Positions 1-13,493 of a DNA stretch of 64,000 nt are shown piece by piece; the stretch's first letter is position 1, and each line of letters starts with the position of its first letter. Source of the stretch: Callorhinchus milii (lineage: Eukaryota); NCBI RefSeq assembly GCF_018977255.1, contig NW_024704742.1:122452001-122516000 (forward strand). The letters run 5' to 3'. The notes under the pieces are model-generated. The model was given only the letters and a program-made list of their open reading frames with translations. It made no database searches and was not told where the DNA came from. The translations under genes and the position numbers were made by a program.

Positions 1-250
1 TTGAAGGAGGCTAAGGAAGGGGTGAGGCGGAGTGATTGGGGGATGGAATTCCAGAGGTTGGGGGCAGAGTGGCTGAAGGCTCTCCCGCCAATGGTAGAGC
101 AGGTGGATCGGGGACGTGAAGCAGGCCAGACCCGGCTGAGCAGTAGGAGCTGGTGGATTGATAGGGGATAGGATGTCACAGAGGTAGGGTGGGGTGAGGC
201 CATCGAGGGCTTTGCAGGTGAAGGCCAGGATCTTGAACTCGATCCTCTGA
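1..250 (-). mobile_element. L2-clade LINE 3' fragment
   Basis: Matches the 3' coding region of the L2 at 4193-7424 (ggaattccagag, ggctgaaggc, aggatcttgaactcgatcctctg). Confidence 0.75.
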
Positions 251-282
251 ACAAAAACTCGGTGGCTTTTTTTTGGGGGGGG

Positions 283-500
283 AGGGCAGACACAGAACAC
301 AGCTCTCAGGGCCCAGCACTGCACACAGACTCAGAAAGAGACAGAAACACACACACTCAGAGACACATAGAGACACACATATACACAAACAGAGACACAC
401 ACATTCACAGACACAGAGAGCAACACGCATACACAGACACACAGAGCGACACACATACACAGTCACACAGAGAGACACGCCCTCAGAAACACAGAGAGAA
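283..500. repeat. Degenerate (CA)/(GA) low-complexity microsatellite
   Basis: Runs of acacacac/agagacac; explains the spurious C/V- and H/T-rich ORFs. Confidence 0.85.
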
Positions 501-1215
501 CTTAACTTGTTCTTAACTTTGAAGTTGTTTTTCTATTGTTCTTAAAAGCCTGGATCAGGGTTACCTTTCACCACCTACCCCCCCTCTTCCCTCAATCTCA
601 GCTATATGAAGAGTAAAGTGAAATGACCTCTCAAGGTGAAAGGTGCTATATAAATGTAAATTGTTTTTATTGCTGCACGCAAATTGGCTGTTGCTTTCAC
701 CTATAACTACAGTCAACTGACTTTATAGGAAAGCATTTTGAGACACTATGGGAGCAATATCAAATTCAAGGATAATTATTGTTATAAATATATGGAATAA
801 TGCAATTTTTAGACATGAATGACAAAGAGAAGTTTTGCTTCTAATGGATCCAATGTCACTTCCTGTGTATTAGAATTGCTATCAGATTCAGTGATACATA
901 AATCCATAACAGACACTTCCCTGATGGAAACTTTGGATCCCACTGTGCCCAAAACAAAATTTTAATTTTTGATGTGCATAAATTTTGTAAAATAATTCTA
1001 TATAATATGCAAAAAGAGAAAGCAGAATGAATGCGAAAAATAAAAGACAATAAATGGAGAGCAATATCAAGCTGGAAGAGAAGGAAAGAAGACAGGATAC
1101 TTTGCAATGTGGTGATCTGGTGTCAACCAGCTTGCGTTTTAAAAGGATATTGATTTGTTGGACAAAAAGTCCTTAATCCTGAGATGGCGACTGCTGTTAA
1201 CAACAATACTTGTTG

Positions 1216-1540
1216 TGGAGTCCTGTAGCTCAGTGGTTAGAGCACTCGCTTTGCAAGCGAGAGACCTGAGTTCAATTCCAGACAGGGCGAAACCTTGGGC
1301 AAGTTTCCTTACTCCACACGCCTAATAATAATCCCTCCAAAAAACAAAACAATAATAAATTGGGCATTTTCAATCTACGACTGTTTGTGGGACATTGCTG
1401 TGCGCAATTGGCTGCCGCGTTCGCCCACAAATATACAGTCAATTCACTTTACAGTGTGTTCTGTGAAGCGCTTTGGGACGTCCTCCCGACGTGAAAAGCG
1501 CTATATCAAATGCAAGGATTATTATTATTATTATTATTAT
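1216..1540 (+). mobile_element. Young tRNA-derived SINE, full length, (TTA)n tail
   Basis: A box TAGCTCAGTGG, anticodon arm CTCGC-TTTGCAA-GCGAG, B box GAGTTCAATTCC, L2-like tail hairpin; near-identical copies elsewhere in the window. Confidence 0.95.
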
Positions 1541-1659
1541 ACTTATCATAATAATCCTTGCATTTGATGTCTATCAAAACCAATGCCTTATCACATCATT
1601 GAGACGTCTCTCCTGACGTGAAAGGAGCTATACAAATGTAATTTGTTGTTGTTGCTTTC

Positions 1660-1968
1660 TCCCCACTCCATTACCTGCTGCCTCTGCTCGGCTGGCTCTG
1701 GCCTCCTGCTTGTCCCTCGTCCCCTCTGCCCTACCATCGGTGGCTGCACTTTCAGACATTACGCCCCAAAGCTTTGTAATTCTCTACCCCAATCCCTCCA
1801 CCTTAACCCCTCCATCTCCTCTTTTAGATCACAACTAAAGTCCTTCCTCTTCGGCTGTGCTTACAGTCACCTCCACCCTTCCCTGGTGTCAGGTTCTGGC
1901 ATTGTTAAGCGCTCTGAGGCATTGCCCTGCGCAAAGGGTGCTATATAAATGCAAATTGCTGCTACTGT
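1660..1968 (+). mobile_element. Diverged L2 3' fragment
   Basis: ORF SAGSGLLLVPRP..TIGG..APKLCNSLP..LKSFLF matches the L2 ORF2 C-terminus; gctatataaatgcaa tail. Confidence 0.8.
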
Positions 1969-2439
1969 TATAAAAAAGATACAGTGTAAGATAAACCATA
2001 TTGCCTATTCTCAATTGTGAAAAAGGGCATTTAAACTAGCCACTGGGTCAACTGGTAAACTAAATAAGATTTCTGTCACTGATATCATATTTTGGTAAGT
2101 AGAAGCCCATACTAATAAATTACTGTTGAGAATTATTTTAGTAGTAAAATAATCCTACAAGACTTATTTTTATTAAACAACTCTGGAACGTGTTAAGGTT
2201 GAAGATGTTGCTATTTTCTGTAGTCTTTGCTGTGGTTACGGTCCATGCCTATTATGAAAAGGCATCATTTAAACACTTTATTGCTCCCATGGTTTCCTAG
2301 ACAGCAAATGTTGTGAGCGATCGGACTTTGCAGAATGATTTAAGGCTCTACAACCAGGCGTTCGACAGTGAAATGACATTCAAAGCCAGTAAGAGCTTGT
2401 GAACAATGATCATACATCATAAAGAATTGTAAATTTTTT

Positions 2440-2790
2440 ACTCTTTTACAATGGCCTTGCTTCTTCCCTACCCCTGTGACCTGCTACTCCCATATCAACC
2501 TGTCCGCTTCCTCCGCTCAGCAGGCTCTGACCAGCTCCACAGCCCTAGCCCCACCAGCCCTATCATTGGCAGTCAGGCCTTCAGCCTCTCTGCTCCCACC
2601 CTTTGGAACTCCATCCCACATTCCCTTCACTTCGCTCCCTCTTTTGCCGCATTCAAGGCACATCTTAAGACCCTCCTCTTCGACCGGACCTTCAGCCACT
2701 CTCCTACCCTCCCTGCCCTCCACCCTCCCTGATCCCAACCCCTCTGCTCAGGTCCAAATCCCTGAATGCCCAGCGCCTTTGTTATAAAAA
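2440..2790 (+). mobile_element. Diverged L2 3' fragment
   Basis: ORF LRSAG..AFSLSAPTLWNSIP..FKAHLKTLLF matches the L2 ORF2 C-terminus. Confidence 0.8.
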
Positions 2791-2926
2791 TGTAATTTTG
2801 TATTGTGGATCTTTTTAAAGTCAACAGATGTATAACAAAATGGGCCATACACTTTTTCAAGCTTTTCAAGTCTATGGAACTGAAACATTTCAGCGAAACT
2901 TAGCTCTTAAAATGTTAAATGGTGCC

Positions 2927-3030
2927 AGTCAGCTTGGCTCAGCCGGTAGAACTGTCACCTCTGAGTCAGAACCTTATGGGTTCAAATCTCACCTTGGGGT
3001 TGACACTTCACGAAGTCGAGGTTGATACTT
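2927..3030 (+). mobile_element. 5' head of an older Deu-domain-type SINE (second head at about 3537-3625)
   Basis: cttggctcag..cctctgagtcagaa..gggttcaaatc, the same head as the fuller copies at 33793 and 54395. Confidence 0.6.
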
Positions 3031-3248
3031 TCTGGTGTGCTACATTTTTGGGTGTCATGTGATCAGTAGCATCACGATGAGGAAGCTAACTCTCCATTAC
3101 GTTTGGTTACAAGGTGAAATGGAAATGGAATTTTATGGACCACCCCAACTAATGCTTTATAATAGGCTACATTTATATCAAGCTGTAATGCGTTTTCTGC
3201 CTGACCCGGATTACATTCAGTGTCATAAAACCTCTGTTTTTCCACTCA

Positions 3249-3494
<246 letters not shown>

Positions 3495-3759
3495 TTATAA
3501 GAAAAACACATTTGGTTCAGCACAGATAATTATTATAGTGTCAAGCTTGGCTCAGTGGTAGCAGTCTCGCCTCTGAGTCAGAGGTTGTGGATTCAAATCC
3601 ATGTCCGAACTTGAATGCACATACCCAACCCTTAAAAATATTCTTCTTGGCAAGAGAATGGGAGCAAAACCAAGCAGGTAGGTAAGCAGTAATCTATTTT
3701 ATGGTTTCTTGGGAGAACTGATCAGACTTTTGTCTCATTATTTGGATGCAGACATCAGA

Positions 3760-4180
3760 AGTTCACAAGTTTGGTTTGGATGAAGAAGGTCCATAAAGCC
3801 ATTGATCTTATCCTTCCAGAATACCCACCCTACCATCTTCCCATCATACCATCAAGTTGTTTCTTAAGCAAGTCCATTGTCCTGGCCTCAACTATGCTTC
3901 TTGGCAATCCATTCCAGTCATTAATTATTTTCTGGGTAAAAACATTTTCACACAATCAGAAGATTGGTTTGACCTTTTGGCCTATTCAATCTCATCCCTA
4001 TTGTCTTCCCAGCTGTTTTATTTAGTGCTCTGCCCTCAACCATCCTTCCTGACAACTTGCTCCAATCGTTAATCATCCTCTGGATTAAAAAAAGCTTCCC
4101 AGTATCTATCTTTAAATTGCCCTTTGCAAGTCTAAACCTATATCCTCTTGTTCAATTGCCTTGGCACTTCTTAAAATATT
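3760..4180 (-). mobile_element. Old CR1-like LINE 3' remnants
   Basis: gaagaagg..ccatttgatct..ccttccagaatacccacc motif recurs at about 20345, 55310, 57705 and 62180; the 20338 ORF reads RVINNWNRLP (CR1 ORF2 C-terminus). Confidence 0.55.
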
Positions 4181-4192
4181 ATTCTGGGTTTA

Positions 4193-4785
4193 CAACAACA
4201 ACAACAAGATTGCATTTATAGAGCGCCTTTCACATCGGGAGGATGTCCCAAGGCGCTGGACAGTTGGGTCGGGACCCGAGCAGGGAGAGGGAGCGAGGAG
4301 GATAGGGAAGGGAGGGACCGAGGAAGGGGTAGAGAGTCGAGAGGGGAGCTGAAGACATGGTTGAAGAGAAAGGTCTTGAGACCGACCTTGAAGGAGGAAA
4401 GGGAGGAGGCAAGGTAAAGGCATTGGGGGATGGAGTTCCAGAGCCTAGGGGCTGAGAGGCTGAAAGCCCGGCCACCGATGGTAGGGCGGTTAGGGCGGGG
4501 GATGTGGAGCAGACCGGAGCCAGAGGAACGGAGGGCATGGGCAGGTACGTGGAGGGATAGTAGGTCGGAGAGGTAGGAGGGAGCAAGGCCGTGAGTGGCC
4601 TTGTAGGTGAGGATGAGGATCTTGAATTTGATCCTCTGGGGGATGGAGAGCCAGTGGAGGCGAGCGAGGGTGGGAGTGATGTGGTCCCGAAGCCTGGTGC
4701 GGGACAGTACACGAGCTGCAGAGTTCTGAACGACCTGCAGCTTGTGGAGGGAGGTGCCGGGAAGGTCGGCGAAGAGAGAGTTCCC

Positions 4786-4817
<32 letters not shown>

Positions 4818-7424
4818 TAATCCTTGCATGTGATATAGCCCTTTTCACGTCGGGAGGACGTCCCAAAGCGCTTCACAGAACACACTGTAAAGTGAATTGA
4901 CTGTATATTTGTGGGCGAACGCGGCAGCCAATTGCGCACAGCAATGTCCCACAAACAGTCGTAGATTGAAAATGACCAATTTATTATTGTTTTTGGTTTT
5001 GGAGGGATTATTATTAGGCATGTGGAGTAAGGAAACTTGCCTAAGGTTTCGCCCTGCCTGGAATTGAACTCAGGTCTCTCGCTTGCATAGTCCAGCCTTG
5101 AGGTGATAAAGGCGTGGACCAGTGTTTCAGCAGCGTGAGGGGTGAGGTAGTGCCGTAGTCTGGCGATATTCCGGAGGTGATGGAAGGCGGTGCCAGTTGT
5201 GGCGCGGATATGAGGGAGAAAGGACAGCTCAGGGTCGAACAGAACACCGAGGTTCCTGACCGGCTTTGAGAGGTGGAGAGTGCAGCCTTGGATGCTGATG
5301 GTGTCAGCGCCTGAGGTGCGGAGGCGCTGACGTGAGCCAATCAGGAGGGCCTCAGTTTTGCACACGTTGAGCTGAAGAAAGTTGTCTCTCATCCAGGACT
5401 CGATGTCGGACAGGCAGCTGTCAGGACATCAGTGGTCGTGGTGTTGAGGGTAGAGGGGGAAAGGTAGAGTTGGGTGTCATCCCCATACATGTGGAAGTTA
5501 ACCCCATGTCTGCGGATGATGTCACCGAGGGGGAGCATATAGAGGGTGAAGAGGAGGGGACCGAGGACAGAGCCCTGAGGGACACCGCACGAGACAGTGC
5601 GGGGGCTGGAGGAAAAGCCGTTTGTGGAAACAAAATGAAGACGGTGGGAGAGGTAGGACCTAAACCACTCAAGGACAGGGCCTTGAAGGTTGAGGTGGGA
5701 GGACAGGCGGTGGAGGAGGATAGCGTGGTCAACCGTATCGAATGCGCCCGATAGGTCGAGGAGGCAGAGGGAACCCTGGTCGCAGATGGTCAAGATGCCA
5801 TTAGTGACCTTGACCAGGGCGGTTTCTGTGCTATTGGCAGCACGGAAACCCGACTGAAGGGGTTTGAATAATGAATGGGTGGAGAGGAAAGAGCGTAGCT
5901 GGGAGGTGACAACTCTTTCAAGGACCTTGGACAGGAAGGGGAGGTTGGAGATGGGCCGGTAGCTTGATAGCTGCGACGCATCAAGGGAAGATTTTTTCAA
6001 AGTGGGAGTGATCGTGGCAGTTTTTAGGGGAATGGGAACAGAGCCAGAGGAGAGGGACAGGTTGATGATGTCTGTGAGAAGTGGGGCAAGTAGGTGGAGC
6101 TGGGAGATAAGGAGTGGAGTGGGAATGGGGTCAAGAGAGCAGGTGGTGGGTTTCAGGTACAGGATGAGTTTGGTGACAGAGGGTGGGGAAACGGGTTGGA
6201 AGGTGTGTGGAGGATGGGTAGGAGTCAGAGTGTGGAAGGGAAGGGGTGGGTGGTGGGTGGAAGTTGGAGGGGGAGTGACCGCGGAGCGGATTCCATTGAT
6301 TATGGATTCAAGGAAATCCAGCATCTCCTTGCAGTGAAGGTTGGAGGAGATGACCTGCGCGGGGTGGCGGGGGGGTGGAGGAGTTGGGATGTGGTAGAGA
6401 ACAGAAGCCTGGGGTTGTTCTTCGCCTCCAGGATTATCCTGGAGTAGAAGGACGACTTGGCCGAGGCTAGAGTGGAGCGGTAGATTTTGAGGAGGTCCAG
6501 CCAGATTTGTCAGTGGACCGTTAGGCCAGATTTGAGGCAGGTGCGTTCAGCGGCCCGCACCTGGCTGTTCAGCGAGCGGTGAAACAGGGGAAGGAGCGAG
6601 AGTAAGAGACAGTACGGGAGGTGATGGGGGCAAGAGTGTCGAGTGTGGAGGAGAGGGTGTTGTGGAGGAGGGTGAGAGCAGAAGAGGGGTCAGTGAGGGG
6701 TGAAGGCCAAAGGGAGAGGAGTTCAGAGGACTCCAAGGCAACGGTTAGGGATTGTGGGGGTAACTTCTTCCAGGGGCGGTAGAAGATGGTGGTGGGTCTG
6801 GTGGAAGTGGATGGAGGTGGTGAAGGAGATGAAGTGGTGATCAGAGACGGCTTTGTCGGTAATGGTGACATCCGAGACACTGAGGCCCCGGGTGATCACC
6901 AAATCGAGTGGGTGGCCGTGACTGTGAGTGGCGGAGTTGATGTGGAGGGAGAGGTTGAACGAGGAGAGCAGGGAGGACAAGTCCGAGGAGATGGAGCAGG
7001 AAGGGGTGAAGTGCAGGTTGAAGTCGCCCAGGATGATGAGGCGATCAGAGCAGAGGCAGAGAGATGTTAGTAGGGTAGAAATATCGGAGATGAAGGTGGG
7101 AGAGGTTTTAGGGGGCCGGTAGAGGAGGAGGATTTTGAGTGAGAGAAAGGAGGAGTGGGAGAGGGTAAGGTGCTCAAAAGAGGGGAAAGAGCCAGAGGAG
7201 TAGGGGTATAGGGCAAGTGGTGTCCTTGAGATAAGGGCTACACCACCGCCATGGCGGTTGGGGCGAGGGATGTGGTGGGAGGTGTAGCCGGGTGGTGTGG
7301 CCTCCGTGAGGGGAAACATGTCGCCTGGGGTGAGCCAGATTTCTGTTAAGGCCATGATGTCAACGCTCTCATCAAGGATGAGATCGTTGATGACCAGGGC
7401 CTTGTTACAGAGGGAGTGGACGTT
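4193..7424 (-). mobile_element. L2-clade non-LTR retrotransposon, near-complete ORF2 (APE endonuclease + reverse transcriptase), 5'-truncated, frameshifted, SINE-interrupted
   Basis: EN motifs ALTEIWL, LYRPP, ILGDFNLH, THSHGHPLDLV, SDHH (about 6830-7355). RT motifs [46 protein letters not shown] (5389-6324). C-terminal ITPTLARLHWL..RIKFKIL; (TTG)n tail at about 4193-4206. No ORF1 seen. Confidence 0.95.
4786..5087 (-). mobile_element. Young tRNA-SINE, 5'-truncated, nested inside the L2
   Basis: Reverse complement of the 1216 SINE; splits the L2 sequence ttccc|atagtccagcc that is contiguous in the copy at about 48235. Confidence 0.95.
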
Positions 7425-9987
7425 TTATATCTCACATTTTGGATGCAGTGCTTTGACTAATGCCCAATATGGGACGTCCTCCTGACGTGAAAGGCGCTAT
7501 ACAAATGTAGTTTGTATTGTATTGTATAATATATTGCCTGCAGATGACTGGAATGATCTGCAGCAAAAATGTCAGCACTGCTGTGACCTTCACAGCCATA
7601 GGTTTCTTGTTCTAGACACAGAGGAAACCTTTTTGACATACATAAGTAATTGCATCCCTTGGAGAGCCTTATCTTCCTCAGAGACTTCTCTTCTGTCAAC
7701 CCCATGTACAACATTGTGGTCTTGTGCAGCTACTCCCTGGGATGTCTTCTATTGAAAACTGTGAGAGCTATTATGTGCTCTCAATCTCCCCTATATCTAA
7801 CTATTCAGGATAAAGGCAGCATTGACAGAGGGAAATTCATTTTACAGTGTTTCTGACAGGCTTTTTACACTTTGTTCAGCAGCAGCACTGAGGCTGGTAG
7901 AGAAAAGACAGTAACAGGGCCTTCTCAGATTCCAGCCTGCCCTCCAGCCAGTATCCTTTACTCTTATTTCTCATTTCTCACAACTTTCTCCAGCTACCAT
8001 GACCTTGTACTCTGGAAATCTCTTCTAAAACTAGAATACCTTTCTCCCTCTGTCTTCTCTTCAAACACCTCCTTGAAAACTGAATGATAAATCTTGCAAT
8101 TGGTACAGTGCCTTATAACATCATAGAGGTGCCTTAAAAAAGATTTTACTGTGAAGTGCAATGATCGTGTATCTGTATTGCAAACGCAGCAACCAATTTG
8201 CACACAGCAACGTCCTACAAACAACCATGAAGTGAATGACTAATTTTATTTGAAGGATGGTAGGCCAGGACACTGGGAATAACTCCCTTCTCTTAGTATC
8301 TGTGTTTTTTNAAATCTCTTAATTTCATGCTCAATGTCTACCAAGTTTGCCAGAGGTTTGAGAACTTCTTTTTACCTGAGAGATTCTACCTGCAAGTTTT
8401 GCTTAATTGTTCTATCCATTTACGGATTTAAAAATGAGCTCAACTGATATTTTGCTTACATTTTTATCAATAAATAGATATCAAACTGATAATCTCTGTG
8501 ACCAAAGCCTGGGAAACGTATCAAAGCCTACAATGCTGCTAATTTTGGGTGTTCATACTGTGAGCAAAATATACATCAGCTGGAAATTACTCCCCCTCTC
8601 AATTCTCCCCCCACCCCCGCCACACACACATTTAATATGTGAGACAATATTCTGAAGATTTCTGAACTAATCCCAAGGAAAATTGAGTCAGACATCAAAG
8701 TAGCCACATTACCTTACACACTATATTATTCAACCCTGTTTGATCACTTGCCACAGATGGCATTTCCTAGCCACTCAAGAACTGTCATGTTCCATATAAT
8801 ATTATGACTTTCTGTCCGGACATAGCCTTGGAACTTTCAGTCCAACTCGCATATATAATTTGTTCCCATATATATTTACAACAGGACATTTATTTTCACA
8901 GTTAGCTACTGGTTCAGAGATGACAGCTGTAACCTTTAGAGGATGACAGCTGGAGGTAGAAAGCAAGAAATTAATAAGCAATTATAAATGTTGGAATGAT
9001 TGAGCCATAACTAATGTTGTGTAGCTGCAACTGAGAGTAGTGTTCAGCGAGGTTGTTCCCAGTGGCCCAGGGCTTTCTGTGTTATATGTGGCCTTTCTGT
9101 AACAACTGAAAATTCAGACCACTGATTAGCCATTAATGTCACAAATTTCTCTCATTCTTCCGTTTCTTTCTCAACAATAACAACAACTTGCACATATATA
9201 TATATTATAATATATAGTGTCCTTCACGTAGGGGAGTGTCTCAAATCTGAACAGATTCCAGCAGATCAATCAGACATGGTGGACTTGGGCTCAAATTTGC
9301 ATTCCATGTGAGATTTATCACATTAAATAGACCAAAGTTGGGGTTTCCTTCTTCACACTCCACCCCATATCTGAATGGTACAAACCGAATGTCCCACATA
9401 CCTGATTCAGCTTATTGGACTTCACCACTGAGAACGGAGTCAGGGGTTGGGGTTGGGGTTGATACGCTGTCTCCAGCGTATTTGATGTGATAAACCTAAT
9501 TAATAATAATAATCATTGCTTTGATATATTTCCATGTTTAGGTGGCATGTATGGAACTCTGACTTTAGTTTGGATGCTCCTAGCATGGTGGTCAGTTTCC
9601 ACATGTGTCATATACACATGATGGGAGAACATCTCAAAGTGCTTCACAGGATTTCCTGTAAAGTGGAGCGACTGTTTATTTTTTAGTCGACTGTCACATA
9701 GAGACCAAATATTTGTTGGGCTCAGGTTGAGCACAATCGTTTGGTCTGAAGGTTTGTTTCCAAATTTGTTTGGCTGTCATCTTGAATACTTCCCCAGCGA
9801 TAGATAACAGGACAAAAATATTATTTAACTTGCCCTGGAGGCAGCACTGGATTGCTTCTTCACAAGGCACTGAGCTAACTTTGGGCCCAACCATTGTGCT
9901 GAAACTGAAGGGTTGTTCGGAACACCCCCTCTACTTTTAGTACCACCTTTGCCCCTGTAGGTTTCAGGTCATTAACAGCTCAATCAT

Positions 9988-10316
9988 GTGGAGTCCTGTA
10001 GCTCAGTGGTTAGAGCACTCGCTTTGCAAGCGAGAGACCTGAGTTCAATTCCAGACAGAGCGAAACCTTGGGCAAGTTTCCTTACTCCACACGCCTAATA
10101 ATAATCCCTCCAAAACCAAAAACAATAATAAATTGGTCATTTTCAATCAACGACTGTTTGTGGGACATTGCTGTGCGCAATTGGCTGCCGCGTTCGCCCA
10201 CAAATATACAGTCAATTCACTTTACAGTGTGTTCTGTGAAGCGCTTTGGGACGTCCTCCCGACGTGAAAAGCGCTATATCAAATGCAAGGATTATTATTA
10301 TTATTATTATTATTAT
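9988..10316 (+). mobile_element. Young tRNA-SINE, full length
   Basis: Near-identical to 1216-1540. Confidence 0.95.
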
Positions 10317-13300
10317 ATCAGGTTACCAGAAACGTGGCTGATGCCAGGATGGTTCCTCTTTCATCCATAACATGCACAGTTGCTCCACTTTCTATTCTGT
10401 GGAGCGCTTTGAGACATCCTCCTGGCGTGATCAGACACTGTATCAAAGGCAAAGATTTTTTTTGATAGGATATGCTACACTATGTTGTGAAAATAAGCTG
10501 CTCTGTGATTTCCTCATTCAGCCACCTGTTATTTGATCTTTGCTCTGATGTCTGCAGTGTCTTTCACCATCTGTGTTGCATCCATTCTTCTTAAAACTTA
10601 ACAAGACTTTTCTTCTGATCTAAAATCCGAGGTTGTCGGGACAGAATAATTGAAACTGTGCCTATGCGTGTGTTGAATTCCAAATTTACATGGAAACGTA
10701 TTTGTACAAATCATAGGTGTGCAATGTAAGCACAAGAATTCTGAACGAACGAACAAAAATGAACTAGTAAAGTGAATCAACAGTGTAAGTGATACTGTAA
10801 AAATCACAAGCATTCAGTATGAAAACAAAAAATATTGCTATTGTGAAATGGGGATCCATAAAAATAGCAGTTACAGCATTTATGAACCATACACAATCCT
10901 TATTTCACACTAACCCATTTTTGCTACACGCACGACATAGCTTCCTATGGCCAAATGTTAAATAACTACCAGAGTTCAACCATAAATATCCAAATTGGTA
11001 TGTCTGCTATTTTCTCTTAGTCATTCTCTACGGTCATCCTAGTCATCTTCCAAAGTCCTTTTGAGCCTCACCTGTGTTTCATTTCATTTTCCCATTTAGG
11101 CTCTGGCAATCTCTTTCCCAACTCAATGAAGGTGAGGATTCCAAGAAGCCACATTGGATGGTTCTTGCTGCTCCCATGTTTTTTGAGTACAGTACAAGCC
11201 AAAATAACTTCCCGATAAAACAACTCACCATTTTTTTTACCCAGAAGCTCTTAATTGCTCCAACAGAAAAAAATATCATACAATGCACAGTCTGTCATTG
11301 AGAATTTGTGGGCAGCATCGACACAGGTTTCAGTACGATATGGAAAATTTGTGTAGTGGCCTTCATGCCTTGGAACTTTTCAAAGTGGTTGGATTGGAAA
11401 TTCAGCAAGGGAGAGGGGTTGGGGCAGCATACCTGCATTGCATTGGAGTATCATTCTAGATGAAATTCCTGATACGGATCATAAAATAATTTCACATGAC
11501 GCATTTTTCCCCCGCCTCAGAATGTTAGAGCACCGAGACAGGCTGATCAGCCCATCAAGTCTGTGCAGGTGTTTACCTCCAGATGAGCCATCAAATCCCA
11601 TTCTCCTGCTCACTCCTGACACTTTTTAATATAATTCTTTTGAATTAATCGATGCATTTTACTTTTTAATTTACTGTAATGTATGGCCTCTGCTTCAACA
11701 ACAAATTGCCCAAACACTTTAGAATGTGTTTCTTTTATTGTTTTACAACAAGTAAAAACAATTGCAAGCAAAAATTGCACTTAACCGCACAAAGTGCATA
11801 TTTTATTTATTTGCCCTAAAAGATACAATGTTCTGTACTCTGCAAAAGATCAAATTTTGGGCAGTCGGCAGTGGTATTTGTGCCTTTTTAGACAAATTTC
11901 ATTTTCTTTCACTCTCTTTTTCAGTGAAGGTTTGTTTCTGTTTTGATTTCAGCCAGGCATTACCATTTTAGTGCAAGTGGAAGAGAGCATAAATGCATCA
12001 CAGACTTTTGTCTTGCAGCTTAATGGCTTGGGTGAATAAAGAATGACTGCATTTTTCAGTAATTAGTACTTCCTCTGTGGCATCTTAGCCCTGCTTGATT
12101 AGCCATAGCAATGTCCTTGGGGAGATGAATCCAGTTGAATTGAGCTGCTCTGGTTTGCGCAGGTCTGTGCACGAACGTTATCTATCTTTGGCTTCTGTCG
12201 GCTCTGCGCTTTAAGTCGTATGGAGGCCCCAATGGCTGATATATCCTACGATGCAAGACATCTGAAAAAGGTCACTGCATTACCATTCGGCGACATATTG
12301 ATTACTTCAGGAACATTTTCACATTTTTGAACCTCTCCAAATATGTAATTTGGTAGTTATAACAATTAAAACAGCAATTCGGAAAGAAAAATACTTAAAG
12401 CTGCCTTATTTTATGCACATCTCCAGAACAGATTGTTCTTATATTTGTGGCCATTGAGAATGAACATATAACAAGAGATAGCTATTGCGTCCAATTTGTG
12501 GCATTTCTTAAAGGGATTCCATATTATTATGGAATCTTCCGCAATGTTCTTCTCAATTGCTGCTACCTAAACAACAATAAAGCAGAACAGGGTAAAAAGC
12601 AGGAACATAAGTTCTCTGACAGTCAGGCACAACTCTCACACACCACTATCTTTTTATAGGCTGCATCTGATCAGGAAACAAAAAAGAATAATAATCCATG
12701 CAATTGATGTCTTCCCAGCATCTTTCATGTTGGGAAGACATCTTAAAATGCTATTCAGTATATACCGTAAAATATAGTCACTGTGTTATTTTGCAGGCAA
12801 ACGCAGCAGGCAATTTCTATACAGCAATGTCCCATGAAGTGAATGGCCAATTTTATCTGATCAAAAAAAAGAGCCAGGCTGACACACCATGAACACTCAA
12901 ATATATGTGTCACCACTGGGCATCACTCATTGTGCAATATGAAGCCAAATGTAAAAGCGGTATTACTGTGTCGGGAGCAGCGAAGTAAACAGGAGGTCAT
13001 TAGTGAATGAGCGTCTTCCCAGGTCATTCTTTTGTGAGTCTCTCCCATCCACCTTTCATCAATGAGACCATTGTAAATTGCTCTTGATTTTATTGCTTAC
13101 AAGTTAAGTAGAGATGTCAGGCTCAGAAAATTAAACAGAATTAAAGAACGGACAGACTGGAGTTACTGTTGTATTATAATGCGGTTAATATGTTGCCATG
13201 GTAATATGAAAAAATAAGCTACAGCTGATGACTCGTTACTCCAAGCGAAAAGGGCTCTATAACGTGTTATCTGGAGTGGCAAGTTAGGCATACGTATAAA

Positions 13301-13493
13301 TACATAAATAAATGTGGTTGGGATATTGAAAGCATGATGACTTAAGTGGTAGTGACAAGTTAAACCAGGGTTGAGTAAACAGGAGTTATGCCAGACCAGG
13401 GTCGAATTATGCAGGTTTACTGTAACTGCATTTGAAATTTTACTTTTGACTGAAATCCTTCAAAACCTCCTTGGCTCTGATAAAGTGTAGAAA

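Noticed and set aside
176..545. ORFs of 84-100 aa
   Set aside because: Translations of a CA/GA microsatellite.
1216..1290. tRNA-Ala(TGC) gene
   Set aside because: No proper acceptor stem or terminator; it continues into a multi-copy SINE body and tail.
4193..7424. Active or domesticated RT gene
   Set aside because: Frameshifts, stops, YGDD instead of YADD, a SINE insertion and no ORF1; other copies are also disrupted.
10068..10370. Recurrent MGKFPYST... ORF (also 1295 and 58785)
   Set aside because: Chance reading frame of the SINE with a non-ATG start; poly-Tyr comes from the (TTA)n tail.
13365..13424. DNA-transposon-like terminus (...caggtttactgta); similar hint at about 24781
   Set aside because: No matching partner terminal inverted repeat or transposase found.
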